IMG/VR virus record: IMGVR_UViG_3300027754_004232
Location: 1-64,000 of that record
Reading direction: 5' to 3' (one strand)
DNA from: a virus
DNA: 64,000 nt
Shown here: positions 54,052-64,000 of the stretch, in pieces
How the letters are laid out: each line of letters opens with the position of its first letter
How positions within the stretch are numbered: position 1 is the stretch's first letter
Notes under the pieces: generated by a model
What the model saw: the letters and a program-made list of their open reading frames with translations, nothing else
What the model was told of the DNA's origin: nothing
Databases searched by the model: none
Program-made: the position numbers and the translations under genes

Positions 54052-57000
54052 CTGTTTTTATTCCATGTTTTTGCAAAACAGAATAAATATTAGATAGCTG
54101 TTGTTTTAAAGATTGAATTTCTATTTTCATTAATTGTGTACTAAAGTCAGATAAAAACGGAGATGGCGATGGCGTTGGAGAATCTGTAGATGCATATCCA
54201 CAAGCAAGAACACTTACATAACTTGCTGGTGCTGCACTTATACTACCATCTTCAGCACAGGTTATAGTCCATGAATCAGGAACTTGTACACAATAAGGTG
54301 GAGGTGTTGTTGGTGCTGGAGTTGTGCAGCTAATTGTATTATGTGTAATTTCTGCTTCTGCACATCTTGCCAAAGAATTATTTCCAACATATGCCGTTCC
54401 ACCACAACCTTGATAATATGGAACACATGCTCTACAATCAGGTCCATATGGTGGCATATTTGCTGTATATGTATCTAAACAATATGATTCTGAACACATT
54501 GGATTATTTGAATTATCAAATTCTACGCCAAGATTACAAGATGCTAAATCATCATATTCAGCACCAAAAATAATTGGTGGTTCAATATAACTATAACATT
54601 CATAACAACCAACATTGTTTTGTTGTGAGTACCATTTATATGTTGGTGGAGGTGGCGGGGTTGGTGGCGGTGGAGGTGCAGGATTTGGAACAACCTTTTT
54701 AAGTAATCCATTTCTAAATGTAGCTGTAATAGTAGCACCAGCAACAGATGTCAATGCCGTATGTGTGCCATTAAATCCATTTGTTTCAAGAAAATCATGG
54801 CATAAAAAGTCTGTACATGTTCCTACATCTCCACTATTATTTTTTGTTATTTTAAAATCAGAGTCACTTTCGTCAGTAATGATATCGCCACATTCAGCTT
54901 CAGAATATCTAATTCCACAACCTTGTCCTTCAACATACCAATTTCCGTCATAGACAGAGTATTTTGCAACAACAGGAGATCCTACTGGTATAGCTTTGCC
55001 TATATTTTTTACTTGTATAATTGCTGCATTAGTTGATTCGCCTCCAGAAATTGTTTTTAAAGCAACATTTCCAGTCGGATAATTTTCATTTGCTTGACCT
55101 AAATTATATGATTGAATATTGGATGCTGCTTGCCCAAGAAATATATCGTGAGAAGTCCATACGCCTCTTGCACTATCCCACATTAAATCTACTGGTCCAG
55201 CCAAAGCTGCTGCTGTCATATAAGCATTTTGATTTGGAACAATTTGCTTTGTAAATAAATCTGTTCCCCAACCACTAAGCATTATTGGACCACGAAGACC
55301 AATTGGTTGTCCACCAAGAACTCCATTTTGTGCTCCTATAGCATCATTCATAGCCCATGATCCACCAGAAGAAACCATGTTTGCTATATATGATCCAGAT
55401 CTAAATGGAGTGTATGTAAACGATGTGGGTACATATTGATCTGATTGTTGAAATGCACCAATAGGTTGCAATGTACTTGAAGATAACATTCCATTGTAAA
55501 AATTATTAAAAGGAGAAAATAAACCATCTAAAGATACTCCACCTTTATTAAAATATTTTCCGCTTTGAGAATGAATTGCAGCATTTGTTTCTCTGTTACT
55601 TAAAGTCGCTCCAAGTATTTTTGTTGGTCCATATCTACCAGCTATTTGTGCCATAATAATATTTGTATGTGGCGTATTTCTATCATTTCTTCTTCCCAAA
55701 TAATCTAAAAAGAATGATGATATTGCAAATCCAGTTTTTCTTCTATTTACAGCTTGAATTTTTTTAAGTGAGTCATTATATAATGCCAAAAGATTTTTTC
55801 TATCAGAGTAAGCTTTTATTGCTGTTTTTTTAAGTCTTTCAGTTAAATATCTTGATGGCAAACCAAATTTTGGCGTAAATGTTCTAAATGAATACTGTGT
55901 AGTTACTCCAGAAGATCCATAGCTACACGATAAAGATGTTAGTATTGGCCCATTAGAAACAATTTCGTCACCCAAATTATGTTCTGGTAATCCAACTTTA
56001 GTTAATGTTCCTGTTTCCATATATGGTATTGGAACAATGTCTTTTAATTTTGCTGATGCAGCAGTATTTAAAATAGATGAAGAATTAAATGTCCAAGGAA
56101 CTAAAGAATCATCTTTTTGAACAACTGTTTTTCCACCAATAGTATTACCAAAATACCAAGGTCCATAAAAATCATTTCTAGTGGATTTAAAATTTACCAA
56201 TACTCCACTTGGAGAGATTGGCAAAATTCCAGTTTTTACTGTCATAGACTGACCTAAAACACTATTCTTATCTCTTATCCCAAAAAAACAATTCGTTAAG
56301 TTAAAATATCCAACTTCATTAATAATTGATTCATCAAATATAGATACAGAATTTGTTAGTGTTATCGATAAATGTTCTTGATCATCAATTATTGCGTATT
56401 CTGAATTTAAAGAACACTTTACCCATAAAACATCATCAACTAAAAATGTTTCTTCACTATTTTCAAAAATAAAATTTCCAGAATACTTTTTAAAGGTCAT
56501 GTAATTATTTGTTTTACCATTTGCATCTAAAACATATCCGTATATATACTCTTTTGGGATAGATCCAATAAGTGCCTCTAATAATGCTGGTTCTGTCCAT
56601 CCTGTGTCTGTAGGAACAATATTGTATATTTTTTTTGGTGTTTCAGTTATTGATGCTGATTTTAATACGACTCCAAACGGACTTCCTGCCCCCGATACGC
56701 CAGGAAATGGAACTGTAGAATTAAAAGAAGAATAAGGCAAAGATAAGCTTGTTATTTCTTTTCCTGACGATGTGTAATATGTAAGATAACTTCCATTATA
56801 TACCCATGTAGTTGGTCCAGAAAATAATTGATTGTATTGTGTTTTGCTTAATGTGGTTGTGCTTAAGGATAGATTAGATGATCTTATTGAATTAGTTGAT
56901 AATTCAAGCCATTTATATGAAACATTAAGATTTACATCATAGTTTATAGATGCAGAAGGAGTTAGTGCATCTGCATCTGTATAGTATTCTAATTTTTGTT

Positions 57001-58426
57001 TTGTAGCTAAAAGACCGTCTGTTTTTGATAATGGATCTGATGAATTTATATTGTAGTCGCTAATTAATTCCCCATTATAATTTACTGGCAACATAAAAGA
57101 TTTGCCTAAATATGATTCTAATGATTGTTTTAAATAAGAAAAAACTCTTGTTCCCCTTATTACTCCAGCATCATTTTCTTTCTCCCCATAAACTCTTGTG
57201 ACAGGATATTCATCTGATCCACCAAAATGCATAAAATTTGCAACTTGAGCTATACGAAGTCTAGGTGGTTTTAAAAATATTTGCTGATAGTAATCGCTTA
57301 CCCCTTGATCTTGTCTTATTTCTAAGTACAATTCCCAAAGATCTTGTTGCCCACCCAATATTATTGCTACTTGAGCTATATCCAAAGTAATAAATAAACC
57401 GCCATCTGAAGAAATTACATCTTCAATTCCTTTTATCGGAAAACAAAAATATCCTGGTTGTGCTGGATGAGATTTTTCTGCAAAATCAATAAAGGTTAAA
57501 TTAGCACCAATATAAGGACATGTATATGTTGTATTTGTGACATACTTAGTTGAAACCCAATATGGTTTTCCATCAATATCATAACCTAAAAATTGTTTCA
57601 ATCTTCCGTCTTTAAAGCAATCAAATGCAAAAGTATGGTCTTTTTGCCCACCCCATAACATAAAATTAGAATCTATATTATTTGACGATTCAACTCCAGC
57701 ATCCCAAGATATAACATCTTTATTTTTAGCAAGATCTTTAATTACATTATTAACTTTTTGATTGGCTGCATTGTTTGCCAAACTTGCGGTTTTTATTTTA
57801 AAAACATTTCCATCAAGTTCAATTCTATAGAGTAAACCTAAATCATCGCAAACCTTTGATATTAAATCCATTAGATTTATATTTGGAAGATCAACTCTGT
57901 AATACTGTGGAAGCTGTGAAGAAAAGTTTAATTCAATTGAATAAGCTTTCCCTGCTGAAAAAATTCCGTATTTTCTAGATAAATAATTTACTGCTTCCTC
58001 AAATTTTTGATATGGCATTCCAGTATCATTAGTTTGACTAACTCCAAAACCTTTAGATTCATGATATCTAAAAACATTAAATAAATTTATTATTGGAAAG
58101 TCTTCTGCTGCATCTGAAGTTCCATATAAAGATGTAACACACTCAACATTTCTAATTAAATCTTTTCCATCATTAAGTTTTATTTCATAAGTAAATCCAC
58201 TGCCATTATGTTTTTCAATTACTCTATCTAAAAAACCAGTAAATTTAAAAGGAGATTTTGGATTTAAAGAAAACTCAATTGGCTCCCCTAATTGATATGG
58301 AGCTATAGTTTCGCCATCTTCTGGAGCAAGATTTATAGTTACAGATGATTCTGAATCATTCCATCCAACGGATGAAGAAAAATCTATAACAGTTAAATTT
58401 AAAATCTTTATTCTATCAAAGCTCAT
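54044..58426 (-). CDS. Large tail or baseplate-hub-like protein with Pro-rich linker and Cys-rich C-terminus
   Basis: About 1460 aa downstream of the tape measure; FSSSVGW, FTGFL hub-like start; PAPPPPPTPPPPP. Confidence 0.65.
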   Translation of the reverse strand: MSFDRIKILNLTVIDFSSSVGWNDSESSVTINLAPEDGETIAPYQLGEPIEFSLNPKSPFKFTGFLDRVIEKHNGSGFTYEIKLNDGKDLIRNVECVTSLYGTSDAAEDFPIINLFNVFRYHESKGFGVSQTNDTGMPYQKFEEAVNYLSRKYGIFSAGKAYSIELNFSSQLPQYYRVDLPNINLMDLISKVCDDLGLLYRIELDGNVFKIKTASLANNAANQKVNNVIKDLAKNKDVISWDAGVESSNNIDSNFMLWGGQKDHTFAFDCFKDGRLKQFLGYDIDGKPYWVSTKYVTNTTYTCPYIGANLTFIDFAEKSHPAQPGYFCFPIKGIEDVISSDGGLFITLDIAQVAIILGGQQDLWELYLEIRQDQGVSDYYQQIFLKPPRLRIAQVANFMHFGGSDEYPVTRVYGEKENDAGVIRGTRVFSYLKQSLESYLGKSFMLPVNYNGELISDYNINSSDPLSKTDGLLATKQKLEYYTDADALTPSASINYDVNLNVSYKWLELSTNSIRSSNLSLSTTTLSKTQYNQLFSGPTTWVYNGSYLTYYTSSGKEITSLSLPYSSFNSTVPFPGVSGAGSPFGVVLKSASITETPKKIYNIVPTDTGWTEPALLEALIGSIPKEYIYGYVLDANGKTNNYMTFKKYSGNFIFENSEETFLVDDVLWVKCSLNSEYAIIDDQEHLSITLTNSVSIFDESIINEVGYFNLTNCFFGIRDKNSVLGQSMTVKTGILPISPSGVLVNFKSTRNDFYGPWYFGNTIGGKTVVQKDDSLVPWTFNSSSILNTAASAKLKDIVPIPYMETGTLTKVGLPEHNLGDEIVSNGPILTSLSCSYGSSGVTTQYSFRTFTPKFGLPSRYLTERLKKTAIKAYSDRKNLLALYNDSLKKIQAVNRRKTGFAISSFFLDYLGRRNDRNTPHTNIIMAQIAGRYGPTKILGATLSNRETNAAIHSQSGKYFNKGGVSLDGLFSPFNNFYNGMLSSSTLQPIGAFQQSDQYVPTSFTYTPFRSGSYIANMVSSGGSWAMNDAIGAQNGVLGGQPIGLRGPIMLSGWGTDLFTKQIVPNQNAYMTAAALAGPVDLMWDSARGVWTSHDIFLGQAASNIQSYNLGQANENYPTGNVALKTISGGESTNAAIIQVKNIGKAIPVGSPVVAKYSVYDGNWYVEGQGCGIRYSEAECGDIITDESDSDFKITKNNSGDVGTCTDFLCHDFLETNGFNGTHTALTSVAGATITATFRNGLLKKVVPNPAPPPPPTPPPPPTYKWYSQQNNVGCYECYSYIEPPIIFGAEYDDLASCNLGVEFDNSNNPMCSESYCLDTYTANMPPYGPDCRACVPYYQGCGGTAYVGNNSLARCAEAEITHNTISCTTPAPTTPPPYCVQVPDSWTITCAEDGSISAAPASYVSVLACGYASTDSPTPSPSPFLSDFSTQLMKIEIQSLKQQLSNIYSVLQKHGIKTDE

Positions 58427-58434
58427 TTTTTCAC

Positions 58435-59793
58435 CTAGTTGTAATTCCAAACTACAGAACGAGTTATTTTACCAGTCTTATAATCATAAGTCACATCATC
58501 TTTTTCAACAAACATATCCGTTGAATTTGGCGTATAGGTATCAACATCTATTGGAATCTTTATTTTTCCAACAGAATCAAATGGATCATTATATAACACC
58601 TCTACATTTACAGTTTTAACACCATTTTTTTTCGTTGTTAATCTTTGTATAATTGGCCCTTCTGGTTTACCAATTGCTACAATTGAAACAAAATTAATTA
58701 AGGGTGGCGTATCTGTCCAAGTAATAGATTTTGTTCTTTCTCCAGTTTCTTCTATGCCTTCAGAAATATCTACAGAAAAGGTTATTACTCCAGATATTTT
58801 ATTTGTTCCTTCAGAAATAGACTTTACTTTACCAGTTATTGCTCCAATAGTGTATGTCTCACCTATTTTCCACCCATTGGCTTGTTTGATTGCTTTTAAT
58901 TTATCCTCTGCATTCTTATACTTTGTCTTCCCTTCGCCTTCATATCCAGTTATAGTTCCTTGCAAACTTGCAGATTTATATATAGATTCAGAAGATTCTT
59001 TAGTATTTATTGTTTGTTCTATTACATATGGATTAGTTGATATAATCCAAGACTCATTGCATTCCACGCTATTCTTATAAGTGTTTACTGAATAGCTAGT
59101 TGTTTTGTTATAAACACCACCTGTTGGAACAGTTAGATATGTAGAAGCATCTACAATTGAAGTAGATGGCTTTAATTTTTTAACTGCTAAATTATAATCT
59201 TTTTCTGTTAAAACTTCAGTATCTACACTCTTTACTTGTATACTTCTAGTTCTATTTATTTTTACAAATCTTCCGTATTCATCTGCTGGATCTAATGACC
59301 AAGTTTCATCTGGTTCTTGTGTATCTAAAACTATCTGCTCTAAGGATATTGTATAATCGCATATTAAACTTGCTTCGTTAATTTGAAAGTTTTTTGATTT
59401 TAATTTAAATTTTTCATTTAGGTCTGGTAATTGAGATAAATTTGGTCCAACTATTGGTGTTGTTATATTTATATTATTTATGTCATGAACTAATACTAAT
59501 TCTAAATTTGCTATTTTATCTCTAAGTAAAGTCAACTTTTTTTTGTCTATATCTAATGGAGTTACATCAGTTGGCTCTAGCTCTCCTTGCACTGGATCAA
59601 CAGCTAAAATTTTTCCTTTCAAATCCACTTGTCTTGTAATTGTTTTTACTTCACCATTCTCTGTAAATTCTGATTGTTGACTAATACTCATTAATGGAGT
59701 TGGTACTAGTTCTTTTCCATTTAATGTCATGGCCATGTTATTTGGCGTTAATCGTTGTTTAGGAATCGTATAGAATGGTCCATTCGTAGGCAT
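58435..59793 (-). CDS. Putative tail structural protein
   Basis: ETWS, ESW, SLQGTITG; paralogous to 59803-61182. Confidence 0.6.
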   Translation of the reverse strand: MPTNGPFYTIPKQRLTPNNMAMTLNGKELVPTPLMSISQQSEFTENGEVKTITRQVDLKGKILAVDPVQGELEPTDVTPLDIDKKKLTLLRDKIANLELVLVHDINNINITTPIVGPNLSQLPDLNEKFKLKSKNFQINEASLICDYTISLEQIVLDTQEPDETWSLDPADEYGRFVKINRTRSIQVKSVDTEVLTEKDYNLAVKKLKPSTSIVDASTYLTVPTGGVYNKTTSYSVNTYKNSVECNESWIISTNPYVIEQTINTKESSESIYKSASLQGTITGYEGEGKTKYKNAEDKLKAIKQANGWKIGETYTIGAITGKVKSISEGTNKISGVITFSVDISEGIEETGERTKSITWTDTPPLINFVSIVAIGKPEGPIIQRLTTKKNGVKTVNVEVLYNDPFDSVGKIKIPIDVDTYTPNSTDMFVEKDDVTYDYKTGKITRSVVWNYN

Positions 59794-59802
59794 ATAGTGT
59801 TC

Positions 59803-61182
59803 CTAGTATGGTCTTGGTATTGCGGTTTTTAACACGGCAAAATTAACAGTAGGAGTAGTTGGAAAATCTTTAATTGAATCGTCTGCCCAAATAAATGTTG
59901 TTGTCCTTGATATTTTTTTATTTTGTGCAGTAAAGTTAATAGAGTCTGATTCGATAACACTTCCTGCTGGTTCATATCCAGTTAATGTATCTGGAGTAGC
60001 CTCAGTTCCAATTCTTTCTATTGTTACAGACATAGCCCTTACTTTTTTTGTATTAATATCTTGAAATATTGGTCCAGAAGTTCCGTATATTGTATTATGA
60101 ATAACATAATTTTTAAGTGATTTTGCCTTTGGATTAAAAAGAGTTACGCTTATAGATTCACTTTTAAATGCTGCACCAGTTGGTCTAGTCATATTTTCAA
60201 TTTCATAATTATAATTAATAATTCCCTTTTCTAAATCTTTAGTTTCTGAAAATGATGTTACTGTCAATGTTAAATACTTTTGATCTAATGCTAATTTTAC
60301 AGTTCCCCATAAAACATTAGCAGCAGCATACCTATCACCACTTGATAATGCATTAAGACCAGTTATTGTTCCTTCAATACTCAAACTTTCTCTTAAGCTT
60401 TCAGTTGTTGATTTATCTGTCACTGTTTGCTCATGGTAAGCATAGGCATCTTGATCTAATTCAGAATTAAAAATTGTAGAATTATGATAAACAAGATTTA
60501 TTTCGGCAGAAAACTCACCACTGTTTGGATTAACATTATAACTAATTAATTTATTGCAGGGAGTGGCATAAGTAGTTGTATAAGTATCTGTAGAAGCTAT
60601 CTTTATGTCTAATGGAATTAAATCATTTATCTTTTTTAAAACTTCTGTTTTTGATATTTCCCAACCTTTTTTTGTGCCAACAGATTTTGATTTTGCTGAA
60701 ATTTTATGATTAACTTTAGTTAATCTTAAGTCTTCTTGATTGTATTCAGTACTCCAAGATTCATCTACATCTGCTGGATTAACATTTGAAAGTGTTTTAG
60801 GGTCTGGAATTGTTTGTAATCCAATAGCTATCGAATCAGCTTCCATTTCAATTGTATAATCACAAAAATCAACCCATACATCTTCTTTAAAGCTAATGCT
60901 TTTTACTCTAGGAAGAAACTTAAATGGGAGTGTTGCATCTCTTGGTTGAACTTCAAAATATTGAGTGGATGCATTTGAATATTGTTTAAACTGATTTAAT
61001 ATCGCTGTTTGTCTTGCAAGAATGAATGCTTTTTTATTTTCTGTAGATAATGTTTGACTTGCCACAATTTTTGCTGATACAGATATACTAAATAAATATA
61101 ATTTTGCTTTTCCATTTTCGTAGAATTGAACATCTTCTGTAATAGAAAAGGATTGAATCGGATCTGTTAATGTTCCAGCCAT
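59803..61182 (-). CDS. Putative tail structural protein
   Basis: CDYTI, ESWS, SIEGTITG, GPIFQ shared with the neighbouring gene. Confidence 0.6.
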   Translation of the reverse strand: MAGTLTDPIQSFSITEDVQFYENGKAKLYLFSISVSAKIVASQTLSTENKKAFILARQTAILNQFKQYSNASTQYFEVQPRDATLPFKFLPRVKSISFKEDVWVDFCDYTIEMEADSIAIGLQTIPDPKTLSNVNPADVDESWSTEYNQEDLRLTKVNHKISAKSKSVGTKKGWEISKTEVLKKINDLIPLDIKIASTDTYTTTYATPCNKLISYNVNPNSGEFSAEINLVYHNSTIFNSELDQDAYAYHEQTVTDKSTTESLRESLSIEGTITGLNALSSGDRYAAANVLWGTVKLALDQKYLTLTVTSFSETKDLEKGIINYNYEIENMTRPTGAAFKSESISVTLFNPKAKSLKNYVIHNTIYGTSGPIFQDINTKKVRAMSVTIERIGTEATPDTLTGYEPAGSVIESDSINFTAQNKKISRTTTFIWADDSIKDFPTTPTVNFAVLKTAIPRPY

Positions 61183-61184
61183 AT

Positions 61185-62237
61185 TTAATCCTCAAAACCA
61201 TGAATGTATAATTCTACATTACCATTGAATGGTTGATTTGTTTCTGGAATTACTAACTCTATTGAATCAAAATAAGTATCTTTTGTATATATATTAAAGT
61301 CAATACTACTAGTTATTGCAGGAGAAGCACCATAAGCTATTAATGGCACAGAATTCCAAGTTGCCTCAATATCTCTTTGTATAAATAGTTCCATAGATGA
61401 ATTGCTTGGTATTCCATTAAATGTAGTTCCAAGACCAATTATAGTTATGTTTAATGAATTATAAATTGATTTATATTCGTTGCTCAAGTAAAGATTTAAA
61501 CTTTTAAACATTTTTAAATTTTCAAAATTGCCATCAATAAATAAATTAATAAAGTTAGTGCTATTACCTATTTCGCTGACCTTTAAAAACAATTCAAAAT
61601 TTTGTTGTGTGATACTGTTTATGTATAGATCAACAACATTTATTTGTGTGTCTATTGTTGAGCCATAAATATTAAAATCTATATTAGTATTTTGTAAAGA
61701 TATAGCTAAACTAGATATGTATAAGTCTTTGCTTGATTCCATAAATGATTTTATGTAAAGATCTTGACTGTCTTGATATTCATACCAATATTTTATAAAT
61801 AAGTTAATTGAACTTTGAGGAAAAGATTTTAAATATAAATTTATTTGTTCTTGTGTGTCTGACTGTAAATACAATGCTATTGCACCAACATCTCCTATAG
61901 ATGATTTTATATATAAAGAAACGCTATTTTCAAAAGATGACTTTAAGAATAAATTTTTTGTATTAAATATTTTTTTGGGTGGAACCATTGATATTGTTGG
62001 TGCTGGTGCTGAACCTAATGATGTTAGCCATCCTGTTAGCGGTGGACTTCCTGCACTTGCGGTATTATAGTAATAAATGCTTGAAAAATGACGAATAGTC
62101 CACTGAGATAGTCCTGAGTCATAGGCTAACACATAATTTGAATCTACGCTATTTTGATACAAATAACCGCTGGCAAACACAAATGTGCCATTAAAGTTTC
62201 CACCACTGCCAGCACCAGCAATAATATAATTTGCCAT
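61185..62237 (-). CDS. Putative virion protein with repeated L(Y/F)(I/L) beta-strand motif
   Basis: Roughly 12-16 aa periodic SLYIKS/NLYLKS/DLYIKS/NLFIK. Confidence 0.55.
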   Translation of the reverse strand: MANYIIAGAGSGGNFNGTFVFASGYLYQNSVDSNYVLAYDSGLSQWTIRHFSSIYYYNTASAGSPPLTGWLTSLGSAPAPTISMVPPKKIFNTKNLFLKSSFENSVSLYIKSSIGDVGAIALYLQSDTQEQINLYLKSFPQSSINLFIKYWYEYQDSQDLYIKSFMESSKDLYISSLAISLQNTNIDFNIYGSTIDTQINVVDLYINSITQQNFELFLKVSEIGNSTNFINLFIDGNFENLKMFKSLNLYLSNEYKSIYNSLNITIIGLGTTFNGIPSNSSMELFIQRDIEATWNSVPLIAYGASPAITSSIDFNIYTKDTYFDSIELVIPETNQPFNGNVELYIHGFED

Positions 62238-62246
62238 ATTTATACC

Positions 62247-64000
62247 TTAACCCATTTCATCTGTTATTTGCCTATCTATTTCACTAGTTATCCATCCTTT
62301 TAGAGACTCAGTAGCATCTGTTACTGCTGCATAAACACTACTAGTATCAAAATTAACATTTAATGAAGCATTTAAAGTGCCCATTATTTCTAAATTTAAT
62401 GTTCCTGGTATTCTATTTATTGCAGCACTTAATTCATCTACATATGTTTTAAATTTTTCTAATGATGAGCTAAAACCGCTGTTAAATCCTGTTGAATTTG
62501 TACCAAATTGTGTAACTGCATTATTAAATTTATCTATTGGTCCTGATCCTATTTTTATTTCAGTTTTTAGTATTCTTGAAAGTTCTTCAAAACTAGACTT
62601 TGCTATGTTTATTTGATTGTTATTGTTAGAACCGCCATCTGGCCTGTTCATTCTTGATATAGCAGCATCAAATCTTGATGTTCCATTATTAAATGTTATT
62701 GCAGCTTGCAAAAGTAAGCCAGATGTTTTGCCTCCACTATTTGTTCTTCCTCCAGCATAATAACCAACAGTACCACCATTTGCAAAACCTTCAACATCTT
62801 TTCCAGTATTTATTGCATGTAGTAAAGAAGCATTCTTAGATGATTGTCTTGCATTAACAACAAACTCACCTGGAGTTAACATGGCTGGAATAGTGTCAGA
62901 GCTAGATGATGGTATTCCACCTTTAGAAAAATATAATTCTTCATTGGCCATAGCATCTTGTTGTGCTTGTAATGCTTCCATCTTAGCTTTTAACTGCTCT
63001 ATTTCTCCTATGCTTTGTTTAGGATCTGTTTTTACTACTGCGTTTGTATTATCTGGTTTCTTATCTTTTACATCTGGTGGAGTTGTTGTTGGTTGAGTAG
63101 GTGGCAGTAAAGGCATAGTCCTTGTTTGTTTTTGTTTTTGTTGTTCTTGTTTTTGCTCTTGTTCTTTTGCTAATTGTATTGGCTTTGTTTCTATTGCATA
63201 TGAACCAAGCTCCTGTGGTCCTTCAGCATAATTCCCTGCATCTCCAATTCTGCTCACACCAGCTTTTTTATTAGCATCTGGCCCTTTGAAGAAATTAAAT
63301 CCAAGTTGTTTTTCAAAATTTTTGCTAAGAACCTCATTTCTACTATTTCTCTGTGCATCTCCTGCCTTAAGATTCATTTCATATATCTGCTGCTTATCAC
63401 CAGATTGAATTGCTTCCATCATTCCTTTTTGAGTAATACCAGCATTTTTTAATCGCTTTTCAAAACTAGTTGAACTATCTCCATAAGCAAGATATTCTAT
63501 TAAACCACCAGTTGCTGAATAACCAACATCTTGCCCACTATTTATCGCACTTAATAAATCGCCATGTTTAGCAGTAGCACCAGCATTTATTACAAACTCA
63601 CCAGGAGATAGCATAGCAGGTACTGTATCTGTACCTTTAGGCTTAAAGTAAGATGGATTAGGGTTTGGTCTATATGATGGAACATTACCGCCAGTTGCAA
63701 GGTAGTTTACTACTCCACCAACTGACATGCCTGTGGCTCTAGCATCTCGCATTCTCTGATACTTTTGCATAATTCTAATTCGGCCTTCATTATCTCCTTG
63801 TTCAAGTGCTGCAATTTCATCAGCTTGATTTCTATCATCGATTTGATTAACCAATTGCACTCCACCTTGCTGTGGGGTTATTTCTCCCCTTCTTGTGCGA
63901 TTTGCAATACTGTTTGCATCATCTGATGGTAATGGGCCGTTTGATGATTTAACAACATTTGTTTGTGATTTACTATTAGGATCTGATTCTGCTTTTTTAT
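62247..64000 (-). CDS. Tail tape-measure protein, C-terminal part (frame stays open to the window end)
   Basis: Two DT(V/I)PAML(S/T)PGEFV(I/V)NA repeats with (F/Y)A.GG motifs; no stop in frame from 63861 to 64000. Confidence 0.8.
   Translation of the reverse strand, partial: KKAESDPNSKSQTNVVKSSNGPLPSDDANSIANRTRRGEITPQQGGVQLVNQIDDRNQADEIAALEQGDNEGRIRIMQKYQRMRDARATGMSVGGVVNYLATGGNVPSYRPNPNPSYFKPKGTDTVPAMLSPGEFVINAGATAKHGDLLSAINSGQDVGYSATGGLIEYLAYGDSSTSFEKRLKNAGITQKGMMEAIQSGDKQQIYEMNLKAGDAQRNSRNEVLSKNFEKQLGFNFFKGPDANKKAGVSRIGDAGNYAEGPQELGSYAIETKPIQLAKEQEQKQEQQKQKQTRTMPLLPPTQPTTTPPDVKDKKPDNTNAVVKTDPKQSIGEIEQLKAKMEALQAQQDAMANEELYFSKGGIPSSSSDTIPAMLTPGEFVVNARQSSKNASLLHAINTGKDVEGFANGGTVGYYAGGRTNSGGKTSGLLLQAAITFNNGTSRFDAAISRMNRPDGGSNNNNQINIAKSSFEELSRILKTEIKIGSGPIDKFNNAVTQFGTNSTGFNSGFSSSLEKFKTYVDELSAAINRIPGTLNLEIMGTLNASLNVNFDTSSVYAAVTDATESLKGWITSEIDRQITDEMG

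Noticed and set aside
1-64000. Genome-wide stop-codon reassignment
   Set aside because: Long conserved genes are intact in code 11, and TAA, TAG and TGA all end genes (TGA in ATGA overlaps at 4766, 14294, 14996 and 23754). Only the TGA at 20234 is a read-through candidate.
1-64000. tRNA, tmRNA, rRNA or CRISPR array
   Set aside because: No cloverleaf with a T-loop and no repeat-spacer periodicity seen by eye; intergenic space is minimal.

Overview
This 64 kb window is a segment of a large, AT-rich, gene-dense dsDNA tailed phage in the standard genetic code, with genes tightly coupled by ATGA/TAATG overlaps. I found no tRNA, rRNA, CRISPR array or IS element. Positions 1-52 kb are mostly + strand and carry four groups of genes. 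(1) DNA modification: a C5-cytosine MTase with a CmoA-like partner, a 2OG-Fe(II) oxygenase and methyltransferases. (2) Auxiliary metabolism: PduO cobalamin adenosyltransferase, class II RNR, ThyX, peptide deformylase, PhoH and a RimI-like GNAT. (3) A replisome/recombination block: intein-containing RecA, DnaB, DnaG, dNMP kinase, a Cas4/RecB-like nuclease, a DnaE split into two genes around a DEDDh exonuclease, SSB and a Rad52-like annealase. (4) About 11 glycosyltransferase-like genes plus sugar-pathway enzymes. Positions 52-64 kb are a convergent - strand virion module: the tape-measure C-terminus, tail proteins and a mucin-like Cys/Thr/Ser-rich protein. A Planctomycetota host is suggested but is only an inference. 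The main leads are a C5-MTase/CmoA-like pair with non-canonical residues (possible undescribed cytosine alkylation), an unannotated CxxU ORF with a SECIS-like hairpin (candidate phage selenoprotein), a ~290-nt pseudoknotted non-coding element, an intein-less split DnaE, and a class 3 intein starting with Glu. All family calls come from motif recognition by eye; no searches were run.
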